The notes below the pieces were generated by a model. That model was not told the origin of the DNA, made no database searches, and saw nothing but the letters and a program-made list of their open reading frames with translations. A stretch of 64,000 nt of DNA from Anolis carolinensis (Eukaryota). The position numbers were made by a program, and so were the translations under genes. This document shows positions 19,683-33,602 of this stretch, in pieces. How positions within the stretch are numbered: the stretch's first letter is position 1; every line of letters begins with the position of its first letter. The stretch lies in contig NC_085842.1 in NCBI RefSeq assembly GCF_035594765.1, positions 294,361,749-294,425,748 on the forward strand. Direction: 5' to 3'.

Positions 19683-21969
19683 GCATAAGGCTTCACATAA
19701 AACTCTTCCAAGAAAGCTTGAGATTAAAAGGATGAAAAAAAAGTTAGAAAAGAAGATAAAGAAAGAAGGGCATGACCGAAACCTCTGAGGTCTTCTGTAT
19801 CCAGATTTACAGACTACGCAGGTTAGTTCTCAGCATAATGCAAAAGGCCCAGTCAAAAGACTTATTCAAAGATGCATAGAGGAAATATGTGCATTAACCA
19901 CGCAGTGCAACCCTAGTGTGTTCTGCACAACTCAATTTCCACAATTGTGAACATAAGGCAGATCTTCAGAAAGTCCAATTGCCACCATAGGGAAAAAATA
20001 GGCAAGCATAAGACACCCATAGCATTCCAGCATGCATATTACATCAAGGAATTCTAACAGAAACAATACAATTTAGGTTTGTTTAGTTTACTCTGATATA
20101 AGCAAGAGTAACTGGACAGTATCAGTGCTTCATATGTAAGATCGTACAATGACAGCATGCATAACTAAATCAATGACTTCGATCAAAGAATAAGGGACAC
20201 CTGCTTTTAATATTAACCAGTTCTATATGAATTTTACATTCTCTTTTGCACTGATCAGTATCTCCTAATTCATACCCATACCTTACAATGAAGCTTTGTT
20301 TTCTGTGAATGGATGGACGCTAAACTATTACTAGATCCTCACAGCTAGAGAAATATTGAACAGACACCAGCATCTTTTTGCTGAATTAGGAAAGTTGCTG
20401 GAAATGCATGGAGTACTTTCATATCAGCCCCCAACATTAAATTAGTAGTGTGTTTGAACCAAAACTGCTTAGGAATGCATAAGATGTCTTTGTACAGGCA
20501 ATTTTCTTTAATATTTGGCAAACTACAGAGGACACACTGAAAGTATTTTAAAACATTAATGGAGTTCAGCATTAATTTCCCACTGTCAGTGCTTCTAACA
20601 CAGGACAGATAATTAAAAAGCTAATAATATGATAGAAGTTAAAACCAGTAGGGCAAGCTTTTATTGACCAGTATGGCCATTTTTTCTGGACCAGATATTC
20701 AGACAGGAATAATAAGACTTAAATGCCATTAGGTTGCATCTTCTAAAGAGAACTGTCCTGGCCTCTATCAGATTTGGACTGCTTCAAATTGAGACAGTTC
20801 CTGCAAGTCCAAGAGGTAAACTTGAACTCAGCTATGATAAATGAGAACAAGCATCTGAAGAGATAAATGCAGAAATGCCCAGAGCACAAACACAAGAGCA
20901 GCCCAAAACAAAGCTGGGTTTGTGAAAGTGGATATTTAACCTAATGCTGTCAGCCAAGTGGTGCTTTTGTGCAATATTTGTTTTGGGTTGCTCAGGCCAG
21001 AAAAAAAGTATTTTTCAAACCCACCACTTACTCAGTTTATTTAAATTCTGCCTTAATTAAAGAGTGTTGGATTAATTGCAATAATTGAGATATGCGCCAT
21101 TGATTAAAAATTAGTTTTCTGAAATCCAAGTAACATTTATAAATAGACTGTGAATGTGGTTTGAATTGAGGGTTATTTTGGTGTGGATTTTTTTTAACGA
21201 CAGTAGGTTCTTTGATGGGAAAAAACCCCAAAACAAACTCGGACAAGAGTCACCAGTTTGAAACAAACATGTCATTTTATAAAGCAACAACTGGATACTG
21301 TATCTATAAATCAAACTGAATCCTAAACTTATATACAATAGCATGGAAAAATAGACATTTAGTTTCACTATGGGTTCATTTCTTAAAGGGGAAACCATTT
21401 TCCAATAAGAAAAACTAAGTAATTTGATATTTCTGGTTAGTTTATTAATAGCAATACGGTCCCTGTGTCATTACGAAGAAGGTGCTTATGTTATCCTCCC
21501 CATCCTTTCAAAATGAGATGACTACTGCTATTTCAATACAGAAATTGTTTGTAAATTGTACTTTGTCTAGAAGCATTGAAATTTGATGTGGAATTAGTTG
21601 TCTAAGAATCAGGCCTATAAAAGGACCAGTCAATTAACAACCCATCTTCTATTATAAATGAAAGCCAGGTCCTTCTTTTTGAAGATTTGGTAGATTTGGT
21701 GCTATATATCTTTATCATTCCAAACACTTGGAAAGAGAGATTATAGAATTTTGACATGTGCTTCTAATAAAGCAGTTATGTTGGTGTTTTCATGTAATCC
21801 TGCCAGAGAGGAGACCATCACCCCTATCCTATCTCAGACAACAAGATCATGTTGTCTGACTGTCATCAACATTTCACATCAGAGGAACCAAAATAGAATA
21901 AACCAGAGTATCATCTGACAAAGAAGGAAGCAGTGATGCAAGGTTTGGGACTGCTACAGTGTTAATCGA

Positions 21970-22228
21970 CCAGAGCCCCTGATGGCGCAGCGGATTAAAC
22001 CGCTGAACTGCTGATCGAAAGGTTGGCGGTTAGAATCCGGTGAGCCGGGTGAGCTCCCGCTGTTAGCCCCAGTTTTTGCCAACCTAGCAGTTAAAAAACA
22101 TGCAAATGTAGCGCTCGGGCAGGAAGGTAACGGCACTCCATGCAGTCATGCCTGCCACATGACCTTGGAGCACCAACCCCCAGAGTTGGACATGACTAGA
22201 CTTAATGTCAGGGGAAAACCTTTACCTT
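21970..22228 (+). mobile_element. Sauria SINE with internal deletions
   Basis: tRNA-like head (TGGCGCAGCGG), ACCTTTACCTT tail, 12-bp TSD AGTGTTAATCGA (21958-21969 and 22229-22240); homologous to 33272-33602. Confidence 0.85.
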
Positions 22229-24140
22229 AGTGTTAATCGATCTGATGTTATGGAAAACTCTCCCAACCAGGACATATCCTTCTTCTTGAGAAAGTTCCAA
22301 AAAAGCATCAGCATCATTCATATACTGTGTTTTTCTCTTACAGAGTCTCAAAACAATAAAACATAAAACTATAAACATTAAAATAGACTTAAAACTTGTA
22401 CCAACTAAAAATGAATAATTAAAACCATTAGAAGCATTAAAACCAATTTAAAATACATAATACACCACACAACCTTGATTCAGTCTTTAAAATTTTCTTT
22501 TTAAAAGCATTATGCTACACTGCCATCCAATCCTGTCTAGTTGTTAGCGAGGTTCTAAGTTCTTCCCCATTCAGCCCACCTCTAAGAACACAACACAACG
22601 TGGAAAACACTTTTGATTTATTTGACCAAAGACTAGAAAACTGTGTGAAGAATATAAGAAGCAGCCTAGCAAGCATGCAGTCTGATGCACGCAGGGGTTT
22701 TGGTGGGATTTTATCTTTCTAAATAATGCAATGAAATTTATAAAAGTAGTTTATTTAAAAAATGAGTAAAAGGAAAGAGAGAGAATAACAAGAGAAGATA
22801 TCACACATAAAAAAGTCCAAATGTAATTTTTTAAAGGCAATCTGGTTGAACGAGTATATTTTACCTACTTAAGTAGAATCCAAGATTTCAGGGCATGTGT
22901 ACTGGGATTCCATACATGGTGAAAAGGCCATCCACATTCCCAGAGATCATTTTATTCTGCGATCCCCGCCCCGCCCCACCCCCAAAAAAACAAATGTCTC
23001 CTGGAGCCCCTGGGACCACAAGAACAGTCCTGGGGGCTGCATGCAGCCTATGTGCTGCACTTTGCCCACTTCTGCCTCAAAGAATCCATATAAAATCAGT
23101 TTTAGAGGAACTGCACTTGTTACCAATATGCTTTTTCCCTAAATGGAAGGTAGTAGTTTCAGACATCAATTTGTGAAGGCGCACCTCTCCCTATATATCT
23201 TCGAGTTCCTCCTCTGTGTCTCAACAATAAGAAAATGACACTATGGTAGGACATGGGTCTTCGCTGCTACAGTACTCTAGTTATATAAAAGCAGGCAGGC
23301 AAAATCAAGCCTTACTCAAACATATCATCAAGCAAATATTTCTAAATCATGGCACAGTTTGGTAATGGGGAATAGGAATACTATGAAAATGAATCTTCAT
23401 GACTGAAGTTAGTTTTCATCATGCCATTTCTTGAAATAAATAATATTTTTATAATCAAATGAAGAAAGTGAAGGACGCAGAATATGAAATGTGGTAACAA
23501 AACATAACGTAATTTTCAGTGTAATTATTCTCTTCTGGGTGGAGGGGGGAGAATAATTGAAACTTTATGCTTATTACTGCTCACTAAAGTACATTTTCCT
23601 CCCTTGACAAGGAGGCTGTCAAAACAGATAATTATGGAAATGCTAGAAATAGTTTGAAAGAAGACAGGAGCTGTCACAAAAAGTTTCTTCTTCTTAACAT
23701 TTCACCTTGTATCCAACTGTGCAATTCAGAAGCCATTTCATTTTTATTACTGCACAGCAAACACACAGTGCATTAGAAATGAAAAGCAGTTATTTACCAC
23801 ATTCTTTATTCCAAGTCACTTTCAGACTTTCCCATCCATACAAATGAATTTTTATTAAGGATTTTTTTTTATAAAAGTGAACTATTTTCAGTCTCAAAGA
23901 ACCAAGATTTCTTTTAATAAAATAACTTTACAAGTAACTCACTGAATGGCATTTGGCTTATTCCAATGAGAAAACACAGAATCTAACTGAATATTATAAA
24001 TAAACATATTTCAGAAAATTCTGTTGTTTATGACGGAGTGGTATACATAATCCAAAACAGAAATATGGAAGGGGAGGTGCTCAAGCTCTTACCTGCCTGC
24101 CACTTCCTCATTCCAAATCATGTCTCCATGCTAAGGATTA

Positions 24141-24757
24141 AATGCAATCTTGGATTCCTATGGGCAAATGTGGCCAAGAGATAATCTACCAGGCTACATC
24201 AATAGTGGTATAATGGCTTGATAAAAACAATTAATAACCTCACTCTGTTCTGCTATGGTCAGATCTCACCTTGAAAGCTGTGTCTAGTTCTAGGCAACAC
24301 AATAAAAGAAGGATATTGACAAACTGGAATGTGTCCAGAGGCAGATGACCAAAATGATCAACTTTCTGGAAACAAGCCCTATAGGAGCGACTTAAGAAGT
24401 TGGGCATGCTTAGCCTGCAGAAGAGAAAGTCAAGAGGAGACATGATCACCATGTTTAAATATCTGAAAGGATGTTGCCTTGATGAAGGGACAAGCTTGTT
24501 TCTGTTGGTCTAGACTAGAGACAATGGATCCAAATTGCAATAAAAGAGATTCCATTTAAACATTAGAAAGAACATTCTGATAGTAAGAGATGTTTGACAA
24601 TGGAATATGCTGCCTTGGAGTGTAGTGGAGTCTCCTCTGGAGGTTTTTAAGCAGAGGCTGAATGGCCATCGCTCAGGAGTGCTTTGAGTGTGTGCTCCTG
24701 TATGACAGAGGGTTGGACTGGATGGTCCTTGGGGTTTCTATGGCTCTATGATTCTAT
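24141..24757 (+). mobile_element. CR1 LINE 3' fragment
   Basis: Degraded CR1 ORF2 end (GTCCAGAGG...ACCAAAATGATC, AGCCTGCAGAAGAGAA) with CR1 3'UTR ending CTATGATTCTAT. Confidence 0.85.
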
Positions 24758-24932
24758 AACCCTGATATAATCAGGAAAATGGTTCTAGATACATAGGGCA
24801 TCTGTGTTTTGCTATGTTTATCTACCCTATAATCCCTACCACAACAATAGAATGCAATTTGGCTGAGCACTTTTACAAAGTGCTTAGAGATCTGGAGCTG
24901 CTTTGAGTCTCCTTGTCGAGAGAAAAAGGAGG

Positions 24933-24933
<1 letters not shown>

Positions 24934-24972
<39 letters not shown>

Positions 24973-24993
24973 CATCATCATCATCATCATCAT
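24934..24993. repeat. (AAT)n(CAT)n compound microsatellite, tail of an L2/SINE2-type 3' end
   Basis: Directly visible; preceded by GCTGCTTTGAGTCTCC. Confidence 0.85.
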
Positions 24994-25451
24994 CTAGTTA
25001 GGAATGAAACCCTAATGCTATAAGTTAGTAAAAGATCCAACATGAAAAAAGCAGTGTAATTTTCAATAACCTCCCCTGTCCCCCACAGGAAAATAAGAAG
25101 ATGAGTCTTTGTCTACTTGGAGAGAAAGAGAGAGATGAGAGAAATAGACAGGAAGATTTGCTATATAACAACTTCAGCATGAAATATGGTCAAAACCATT
25201 CCCCAGTTCAAAAGCTGTCAAAGAACATGTACCATATCAACACTGTTGTCAGAAGCTGTCTAATACAGAAACCAAATCAATCTATCTTGAGAGTGATTTC
25301 AGATAAATACGATGCCCTTGGAATAATATGGAGAAACAGAAAACCTGCCACATATCAAACCATGTGCTAAGAAAGAAGGAATTGTTATTTTACTTGAGAT
25401 AGCTTTAATTTAGAACAATTATTCATTATTTAAATACCATATACTATGTGT

Positions 25452-25505
<54 letters not shown>

Positions 25506-26407
25506 TTTATTTTTATACCCTGCCCCATCTCCCCGAAGGGACTCAGGGCGGCTTACATGGGGCCTGGCCCGATAAAACAAACAAATAACAGTAACAAAGC
25601 AATAAAACAATTATCCCAGTAAAAAACACCAACATCAATAAAAACAATCATTAAAATCAACAAGCAGAATACAGTGTTAAAAACAGGAGACTAATTCGTA
25701 GATCCCAGGCGAAATGCAGAGTGTTACGAAATGGGAAAAGGAAATTTCACAGTTGAATGGACAATAAAGTGCGATATAAAATGGGAAGACAACAACAATG
25801 GGACTATTATGGAATGGACAGATAGATCAATCCAGCAACAACTAAACATCAAAGGCCTTTGGAAGAGCCAGGTTTTTAAGCTCTTCCGGAAGGAGAGGAG
25901 GGTAGGGGCCTGCCTGATCTCTCTAGGTAGAGAGTTCCAAAGCCGGGGGGCCACGACGGAGAAGGCCCTCTCTCTCGTCCCCACCAACCGTGACTGTGAG
26001 GGTGGTGGGAGCGAGAGAAGGGCCTCCCCCGACGAGCGAAGAGAACGTGTGGGTTCATAGAGGGAGATGCGGTCTCTAAGGTAGGTGGGTCCCAAACCGT
26101 TTAGGGCTTTGTAGGTGATAACCTGCACCTTGAATTGGGCCCGGAAAGTAAACGGCAGCCAGTGAAGCTCCTTAAACAGAGGCATTGAACGCGCCCTGTA
26201 ATTCGCTCCGGTTAGAAGCTTGGCTGCCGAACGCTGTACTAGTTGTAATTTCCGGGCCGTCTTCAAAGGCAGCCCCACGTAGAGCGCATTGCAATAGTCC
26301 AGTCTAGAGGTAACTAAGGCATGGACCACCATGGTCAGATCAGACTTCTCGAGGTATGGTCGCAGCTGGCGCACAAGTTTTAGTTGTGCAAAGGCCCTCC
26401 CGGCCAC
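25452..26407 (-). mobile_element. L2-clade LINE, 5'-truncated, relatively young
   Basis: Open ORF2 C-terminus (VHALVTSRLDYCNAL, LHWLP, RAFSVVAPRLWNSLP), 3'UTR with GTAAGCCGCCCTGAGTCCC stem and (TTA)n tail. Confidence 0.9.
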
Positions 26408-27400
26408 AATAAAATACAATAACAATACAATAAAATACGTAACAATGAGAAAAACAGGTGTATTTACCAAACATTCAGTATACTGTCTCCTGTGAGGCCA
26501 CTAAGCTGTTCAGGACTAATTCACCTGTCCAAGGGAAGAGCCACTTTAAAGGTCTAGGAGAGGAAGGCCGGGGGAATCCTACTAAGATTTCCCCAAAATC
26601 AGACAGAAATAGCAGGGGCTGATATATCCAGCCCTACAGGTTCAGAAAGAGTTGAGAAGCCCTGTAGTGCTTGTTTTTATTGCAAGAAAATAGCATTGGG
26701 GTGACAGGTGTGGACAAGAGAAGCAGACAGTAGGAGGAGGACTAAGAAATGAAGCCAATCTTGTATTTGTACCAGGAAAGCAGACAGGTGAATCTTACTT
26801 CACAAATCTAAGCACTTATCTGAGTTTGAGGCCTTGTACCAAATCTTTTTCCCGGTAGATCAAACAATGCTTTCATCATATATTTGTGAATGCATACACA
26901 TTTCAGTTTAATACCAACTGAAACAATGTGCAAACAGCATGACAAGACTGTGAAAAGCGTGTTTCATTAGCACTATGAAATATTAATGTAATTTCCTTTG
27001 CTGTCCTGGAAAATATATTGGCGACTGGTTTGGACAATAGTACCTTAATGGCAGCTATCATAAATGGGTGGCTATTATAGTTTTATTTCCAGAATATTTC
27101 TTACACTGATTGCCGGAATGTCCAATCTCCTTTTAAAATGATTAAACAAACAACAAGGCCATCATTTATCCCACTGTGGTGGGAAATTTAAATTTAAAGT
27201 GAATTTTCAAATAATGTTCTGGCTAGGAATACAATTCTCATTTCTACCAATGAATTAAATATTCTCAATAAGGTTTATATAAACGAACAGATGCGTTTAA
27301 AACAAAGTTCAAAGAACTACTTTCTGACCAAGGTCATTGGTTATTATTATTGTTGTTGGTGTTGTTGTTGTTGTTGTTGTTATTATTATTATTATTATTA

Positions 27401-27734
27401 CAGTAGAGTCTCACTTATCCAACATAAACGGGCCGGCAGAACATTGAATAAGCAAAAATCTTGGATAATAAGGAGGGATTAAGAAAAAAGCCTATTAAAC
27501 AAAAAAGTACATCAAGATTTTACAAATTAAGCGCCAAAACATAATGTTTTACAACAAATTGACAGAAAAAGCAGTTCAATACACAGTAATGTTATATAGT
27601 AATTACTGTATTTACGAATTTAGCAGCAAAACATTGCAACATTTACTACAAAAACATTGACTACTAAAAGGCAGACTGCCTTGGATAATACAGAACATTG
27701 GATAAGTGAAGCTTGGATAAGTGAGACTCTACTG
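27401..27734. mobile_element. Tc1/mariner (Tigger/pogo-like) MITE
   Basis: TIRs CAGTAGAGTCTCACTTATCCAA / TTGGATAAGTGAGACTCTACTG with TA flanks; inserted in a (TTA/TTG)n tail. Confidence 0.85.
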
Positions 27735-27971
27735 TATTTTCATTATTGTTGTTGTTGTTATTATTGTGTTTATTTATACCCTGCTTTATCTCTCCCGAAG
27801 GAGACTCGAAGAAATTTATATTAAATGTATGACCATACAATTTAAAATATACAAATATGCAAACATTAAACAGATTTAAACATAACAGTATTGAAATTTC
27901 ACAGTTAAAATCCACTAAAACATATTCAAAACTAAAAATCAAGAGTAAATATGAAAGCAGAAGTCTCTTAC

Positions 27972-28012
27972 TTCAATTGTAGGTGGATCGTTCCTTTTCT
28001 TCCTAATCCAGG
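27972..28012 (-). CDS. NDUFAF2: NDUFAF2 exon 3 (41 nt)
   Basis: ctttgcAG|CCTGGATTAGGAAGAAAAGGAACGATCCACCTACAATTGAA|GTaag encodes (A)WIRKKRNDPPTIE; phases fit exons 2 and 4. Confidence 0.93.
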
Positions 28013-28934
28013 CTGCAAAGACATTTTTAAGAGGTTAACATTTTCAAACACCTCAAATTTGCATCAGTAATATTAAATAACCTTAAATAACATTATAAAT
28101 TTACAATAGGAATTTTCCAAGCCTGAAAAAAGACAAGAAAAATTAATTGAAACCATTTCAGCATTGGGATTACACAAAGCAGACAGCAAAAACAGTAAAC
28201 AAGAAATAGTAATTTTGTTTTGATTTAGTTAGCCATTTTAATATGAATTTTAAAACAGCAGCAAGCAACAGAACAAAGGCCTGAACTATTTCTTAATTAA
28301 CTGTCTGAAGGATAAACACTTTAGGATATGCATAAATGTATTTCTCAAGTTGTATAAATCTGGGACCACTTCCAAAAAGGTTCTCTATCTTATGCCCATT
28401 CTTCCTTGGAGCCACTTAAGCAAGCAGCTGGTGGTTACTAAAGATGTGGACATGTGGTAAGACAATTGTTTTAAAAAGATGTCTCTTGTTTTCATGAAAA
28501 CATAATCAAGTGAATGGTGCTGAGGAAGGGGATATTGCATGTGTCCACTAAACTTGTACTGCCAGTGACAAAAAGTCAGCAACTGCAACCACACTGAAGT
28601 GCTTCTGACAAGCAGCAGCAGCAGCACCAAGGTGGAAATCTACAGCCTAGAAATAGCTTAAGGACTCACAGTCACAAAACAATGAGCAAGAGAAATCAAA
28701 GCATCTCCCTAGGAAGCCATGCCCTTACTTTTGGAAAAAGAAAGTGTTTTACAAATGGGAAATCCTGACTCTTTCCAAAGATAAGAGAGTGTCAATTCTT
28801 CTGACCAGTTGTACCTGTTGGTTAACTCCTTGACATAGCCTCAGAGTTCACCCCAGTTTAAGGTTCTTCCCATGACCTTGTAGCACCTTAACTTCCTTCT
28901 TGTTTACAAGTTTCACTCAGTGCACTTTGCCCAG

Positions 28935-29137
28935 CTCATTTTATGTTTTTATTGCTGTGTTTTTCATCTGTTTTACAATGATTGCAATTTTTTATGCCTT
29001 TTAAATTTGTGTGTTTTTGTATTTGATATTTGTATTTGATATCACTGTATGCTTGTTTTATATCTGTGAGCCGCACTGAGTCCCTCTGGGGAGATGGTGG
29101 CGGGGTACCAAAGAAAATTATTATTATTATTATTATT
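28935..29137 (+). mobile_element. L2/SINE2-type 3' end fragment
   Basis: T-rich UTR, GTGAGCCGCACTGAGTCCC stem, (TTA)n tail. Confidence 0.65.
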
Positions 29138-29269
29138 GAAAGACATGGACCCAATCCTAACCAGTCATTTACTTCCGAAAAGTAAACCTCTTCCTCCCTC
29201 AGTTAAGCAGGGAAAAAAGAATCTTTGCCTTTCCATAAGTTATTATATAATATTATATTTTTATATATA

Positions 29270-29556
29270 AGGAAGAGGGAGAAGGCCTGTTTTCTGTTGC
29301 CCTGACAACTAGGGCTCAGAGCAATTGGTTCAGATTACAGGAAAGAACATTAGGAATAACTTCCTGACTGTAAGAGCTGTTCAGTAGTGGAACTCTCTGC
29401 CTTGTAGTATGGTGGAAGCTCCTTCCTTGTAAGCTTTTAAACAGAGGCTGGATGACTATCTGTTGGGGGTGTTTTGATTGTGCTTTTCCTGTGTGGCAGG
29501 GGTTGGACTAGATGGCCCATGTGGTGTCTTCCAACTCTGTTATTCTATGATTCTAT
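29270..29556 (+). mobile_element. CR1 LINE 3' fragment
   Basis: Homologous to 24480-24757; ends TTCTATGATTCTAT. Confidence 0.8.
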
Positions 29557-30321
29557 ACTGATGTGGGAAGACTTTGTCACTCTGATCACAGTTATAACCA
29601 AGGCTAAAGCAATAGAGATATGTATATTTACTGCATATAAGAATTAGACAATGATGTTCTTAAAAGGAAGTTCCTTTCCAGTGTTTAACATGTTCCTTAA
29701 ACATTTGCCTTTCACTCTGTTGTCCTCCTTTGACTTTTCAGTGTAGCCATAGCCATTTGAAAATCAACTGACCTGAAGCAGCTTTCCTTTTTGCTTTCAC
29801 CCAGCACTAAGAATACCATTTATGCAAATCTAATACACAGTACACACCCTAATTTTAGCGAAATAATTTAGCCAGTAAATATAATACAAGTCTAACAACA
29901 AAACAAGTGCAACTAAACAGCATTATAAAATTGCATTTCTCACCCTGTCTAATACAACCTAAGACAGGTTGGGACCCCACTCCAATTCCTCACATATCAA
30001 CTTCATTGTTTTCTTGATGTCTTTAAATCTCAATATCTAGGAAACTGTTGTTTCATGCAGGCTTTATAGCTAGGATGTGAAACTATCTTTCTTCATTGGT
30101 TCATGCTAATCATTGTTTTAAGTTCACAGATAATTAGACACTGTGGCTAAGAGAGAAGTACTGGACCTGGAGCAACTGGAAAGATGTGTTTACAGGGAAT
30201 AGTGCATAGTATGATGCTCGGTTCTGGTTTAATAAGTGTGGTTTATTAATCTTGTGCTGATTGCATCTGAACGGGTCTGAACAGGGGGGAAAGCCAGTCA
30301 GAATAAATGATGTATTTAAAA

Positions 30322-30449
30322 CAGGCACGGGCAACTTCAGCCCTCCAGGTATTTTGGACGTCAACTTCCACAATTCTTAACAGCTACCGGGTTTTAGGAA
30401 TTGTGAGAGTTGAAGTCTAAAACCCCTGCTCCAACTTTGCCCATGCCTG
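30322..30449. mobile_element. hAT-type MITE
   Basis: CAGGCACGGGCAA...TTGCCCATGCCTG termini; perfect 8-bp TSD ATTTAAAA. Confidence 0.85.
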
Positions 30450-32451
30450 ATTTAAAAGCAACCAATAGCAGTCAGATGAATATTTCCTGAATACTATATC
30501 AGAGTAGAGGCACCTCTGCTGGCATTGCCTTCTCTATAGTCCCTATAACCATGTCTGTTGGTGACAATAATATTCAGCATCATCTCCATAAAATGACATA
30601 ACGAAGCCATCACACAATCTGGTTTTCATATTAGACAGAAAACCTGAGAGATAAAGTGAATGCATTTTTATTATTTGTTTCTCTAATATCCACACATATA
30701 CACCCCTCTCAGCCAGTTCTGAGCCATCATAAAAGATAGCTAATGCAATTTTATACTTATTTTCCTAAGCCTTTTGGGAATGGCAGTTTATGACAGGAAT
30801 TTCCAGGATTATTTATCTTCCATTAAAGCCTATCTCTACAGGACTGAAGAGAGGAGAGTTATAATGTTAAATTCCAGTTTTTCACTCTAGATTGCTTTGA
30901 AACAGACTTAGTACTGTTCCAAATTACAATTCCTATACATCCATATATTTATTTATTTTCAAATCAAATGTTCAAATCATTTCAAATCATTCCACAAAAC
31001 TATTCCTTTATTTAATCCAATCTCAAATCTAAAACAGTAGGACTTGATTGCTGTTTAGAAAAATTGTGGATGCCATGAAAGCAGGGAAAAACCTTAAAAA
31101 TCATTAGAATTATAGTTTGTCCTTGAAGCTCAAAAATGTAGTGAGGGCACACTAATTTTAAAGAAGCATTTGCATGTTCCATTCCAAAGAAATGTACTTT
31201 CATGTAGATTCCTTCAAAGCAGCTTCTATGTGGAATAGTACAAAAGGAAAAGAAAACATACATATACATGGATGGAATCCAACTTTACCAGATTCTCCTC
31301 AAAGCCTTTGTAAATCCACTAACAGACTGCAATTCAAATTGCCTAATTACATAGTCATCATTAATTATATAAATACGGCTCTATCTACAGTCTGTGCTTG
31401 TGATAACGCTACATTTGTCTGAGTGGAATTTAGCAAGATAAACTGGACATTTCATACCTTGAGACCTTGGCATTCTTTCATCAGTGCTCATTTGCATCCT
31501 CATTAGTATGCATGAGATTTTCATTGAACTTTAAGACTCCTACTGGCATATAACGCATTGTAATGAGCGTAAAAGTGAGCATGCAAATTAAAACTACCAT
31601 TAATCACTAAATGTTACCCATTAAAAGAGAGAGGGGGAAGGAAGAAACCATGCCAGCTAGAATAGGCAAACTGTAAAATGCAGCAGGAGAGACGCAAAAT
31701 CCTAAATCTCCACAGACATTGAAAAATTACTTTTCATGAGTACCACTGACAGGTGTTGCAGGGTTAAATGACCAGATACAAACTGTAACTAGATACCTGT
31801 GACTATTTATAAGAAAAATGAGGAAAGGTTATCTGTGGTCCACATCCTCCAGATAATGCCCCTGGCAAAGGAAATTGCTTCCTTCCCTAAAAGGGAAACT
31901 TTACAGAACAAAAATGTTACCTGGATATATTAGACAATTTCAAGTATTTTACTAATTCTACTTCTCATTATATTGTTGGTTTGGACACAGGGCACTTACA
32001 TTCAAACTTCTGTCCCGCTTACTACATGGGGCCTTGGAGAAAAGTCAGAGAGGCAACTTAAACTGGGAGGAATAGAAATAATAGAAGGCCCATGTCCTAA
32101 ACTTTTAGGACAGAGGCAAACAACCTAAATGCAGTTGGACCTCCATATCCATGGACACTGGAAATATATATTTTAATTGAATATATTTATTTTAAAAATC
32201 CAAACAGTAAACTTTAATTTTGCCATTTTATATAAAATCATCATTTTACTACACCATGGTATTAATATGGGACTTACACTTTGGCATTAATATGGAACTT
32301 GACTATCTATGGATTCTGGTATCTACTGGGGATCCTGGAACCAAACCACAGCATATAAGAAGGAATCACTGAATGTTTTTTAGGCTTGTGGCTGGCTCCC
32401 CTCTTTCTCTCTCTAGTTTACAAAAGTGACAGTGTGTAATAAATAACCACT

Positions 32452-32612
32452 AGGTGTAGTGGTTTGAGTGTTGGACTAGGACTCTGGGATACCAGATTTC
32501 AAATCTCTGCTGGGCCATGGAAACCCAATGGGTAGCCTTGGGCAATTCATACTCTCTCTGTCTCAGAGGAAGGTAATGACAAAACCCCTCTGAACCAATC
32601 TTGCCAAGAAAC
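32452..32612 (+). mobile_element. tRNA-derived SINE (CORE-like), degraded
   Basis: A-box-like GGTGTAGTGG, B-box-like GATTTCAAATC, CORE-like CCTTGGGCAA. Confidence 0.55.
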
Positions 32613-33271
32613 TAGCTGGCAGTCATCAAAATAAATCTATCTATGCACTAGCAGCACAGTGATAGAGAAATACTGTTCAGATGTATTATTTGTTTATACT
32701 AATCAATCCTAATACACGAAAAAAAGAGGAAATTGTTTGATATATGGTAGTATTCATTGGGGATTCACTGGACAAAGTGAAGAAAAATATTAAGTAACAT
32801 AAAACAAGACAAAACACAGGCTTTTAAAGAAGAAGGTTTTTAAGATCAGTTCAAGAGGTGCTGTGGGTGGGATTGGGGGGAATATGAGTTTTAAATGCCA
32901 TTTTAGTATATCTACTGTAATTTAATTTTGTTTTTACCACTCTGCTATTATTTAATTGCTTTTTAACTTTTGTATTGTGGAGTGTTAGCTGCCTTGAGTT
33001 CCCATGTGGAGAAAGGCAGGATATAAAGATGATGATGATGATACACTAGAAGCACATCGTCAGTAGTTCATTCTGACAAAGGAATGAGCTAATGCATCCT
33101 CTACCACGAGCTTGTAGGCCGAAGTGGTCAGCATATGGCCTACTAGCAGGGGGCAATCCACATTTTGCAGGCTTTCTTTCTCTATAACGATCAAATTTCA
33201 AAAGGGCTTCAATTTTCATAAATGCAAGATTTTTTAAAAGATTAAACTGCAACACTAAAAGTCAACTTTAG

Positions 33272-33602
33272 GTAAGGTAAAGGTTTCCCCTGACGTTAAG
33301 TCCAGTCATGTCTGACTCTGGGGATTGGTGCTCATCTCCATTTCTAAGCCGAAGAGCTGGCGTTGTCCGTAGACACCTCCAAGGTCATGTGGCCGGCATG
33401 ACTTGCATGGAGCGCCGTTACCTTCCCGCCGAAGCGGTACCTATTGATCTACTCACATTGGCATGTTTTCGAACTGCTAGGTTGGCAGAAGCTGGAGCTA
33501 ACAGCGGGCGCTCATTCCGCTCCCGGGGTTTGAACCTGCGACCTTTCGGTCTGCAAGTTCAGCAGATCAGTGCTTTAACACACTTCGCCACCGTGGCTCC
33601 TC
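33272..33602 (-). mobile_element. Sauria SINE, full length
   Basis: tRNA-like head with A/B boxes (GGTGGCGAAGTG, GGTTCAAACC), ACCTTTACCTT tail, 9-bp TSD CAACTTTAG (33263-33271 and 33603-33611). Confidence 0.9.
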
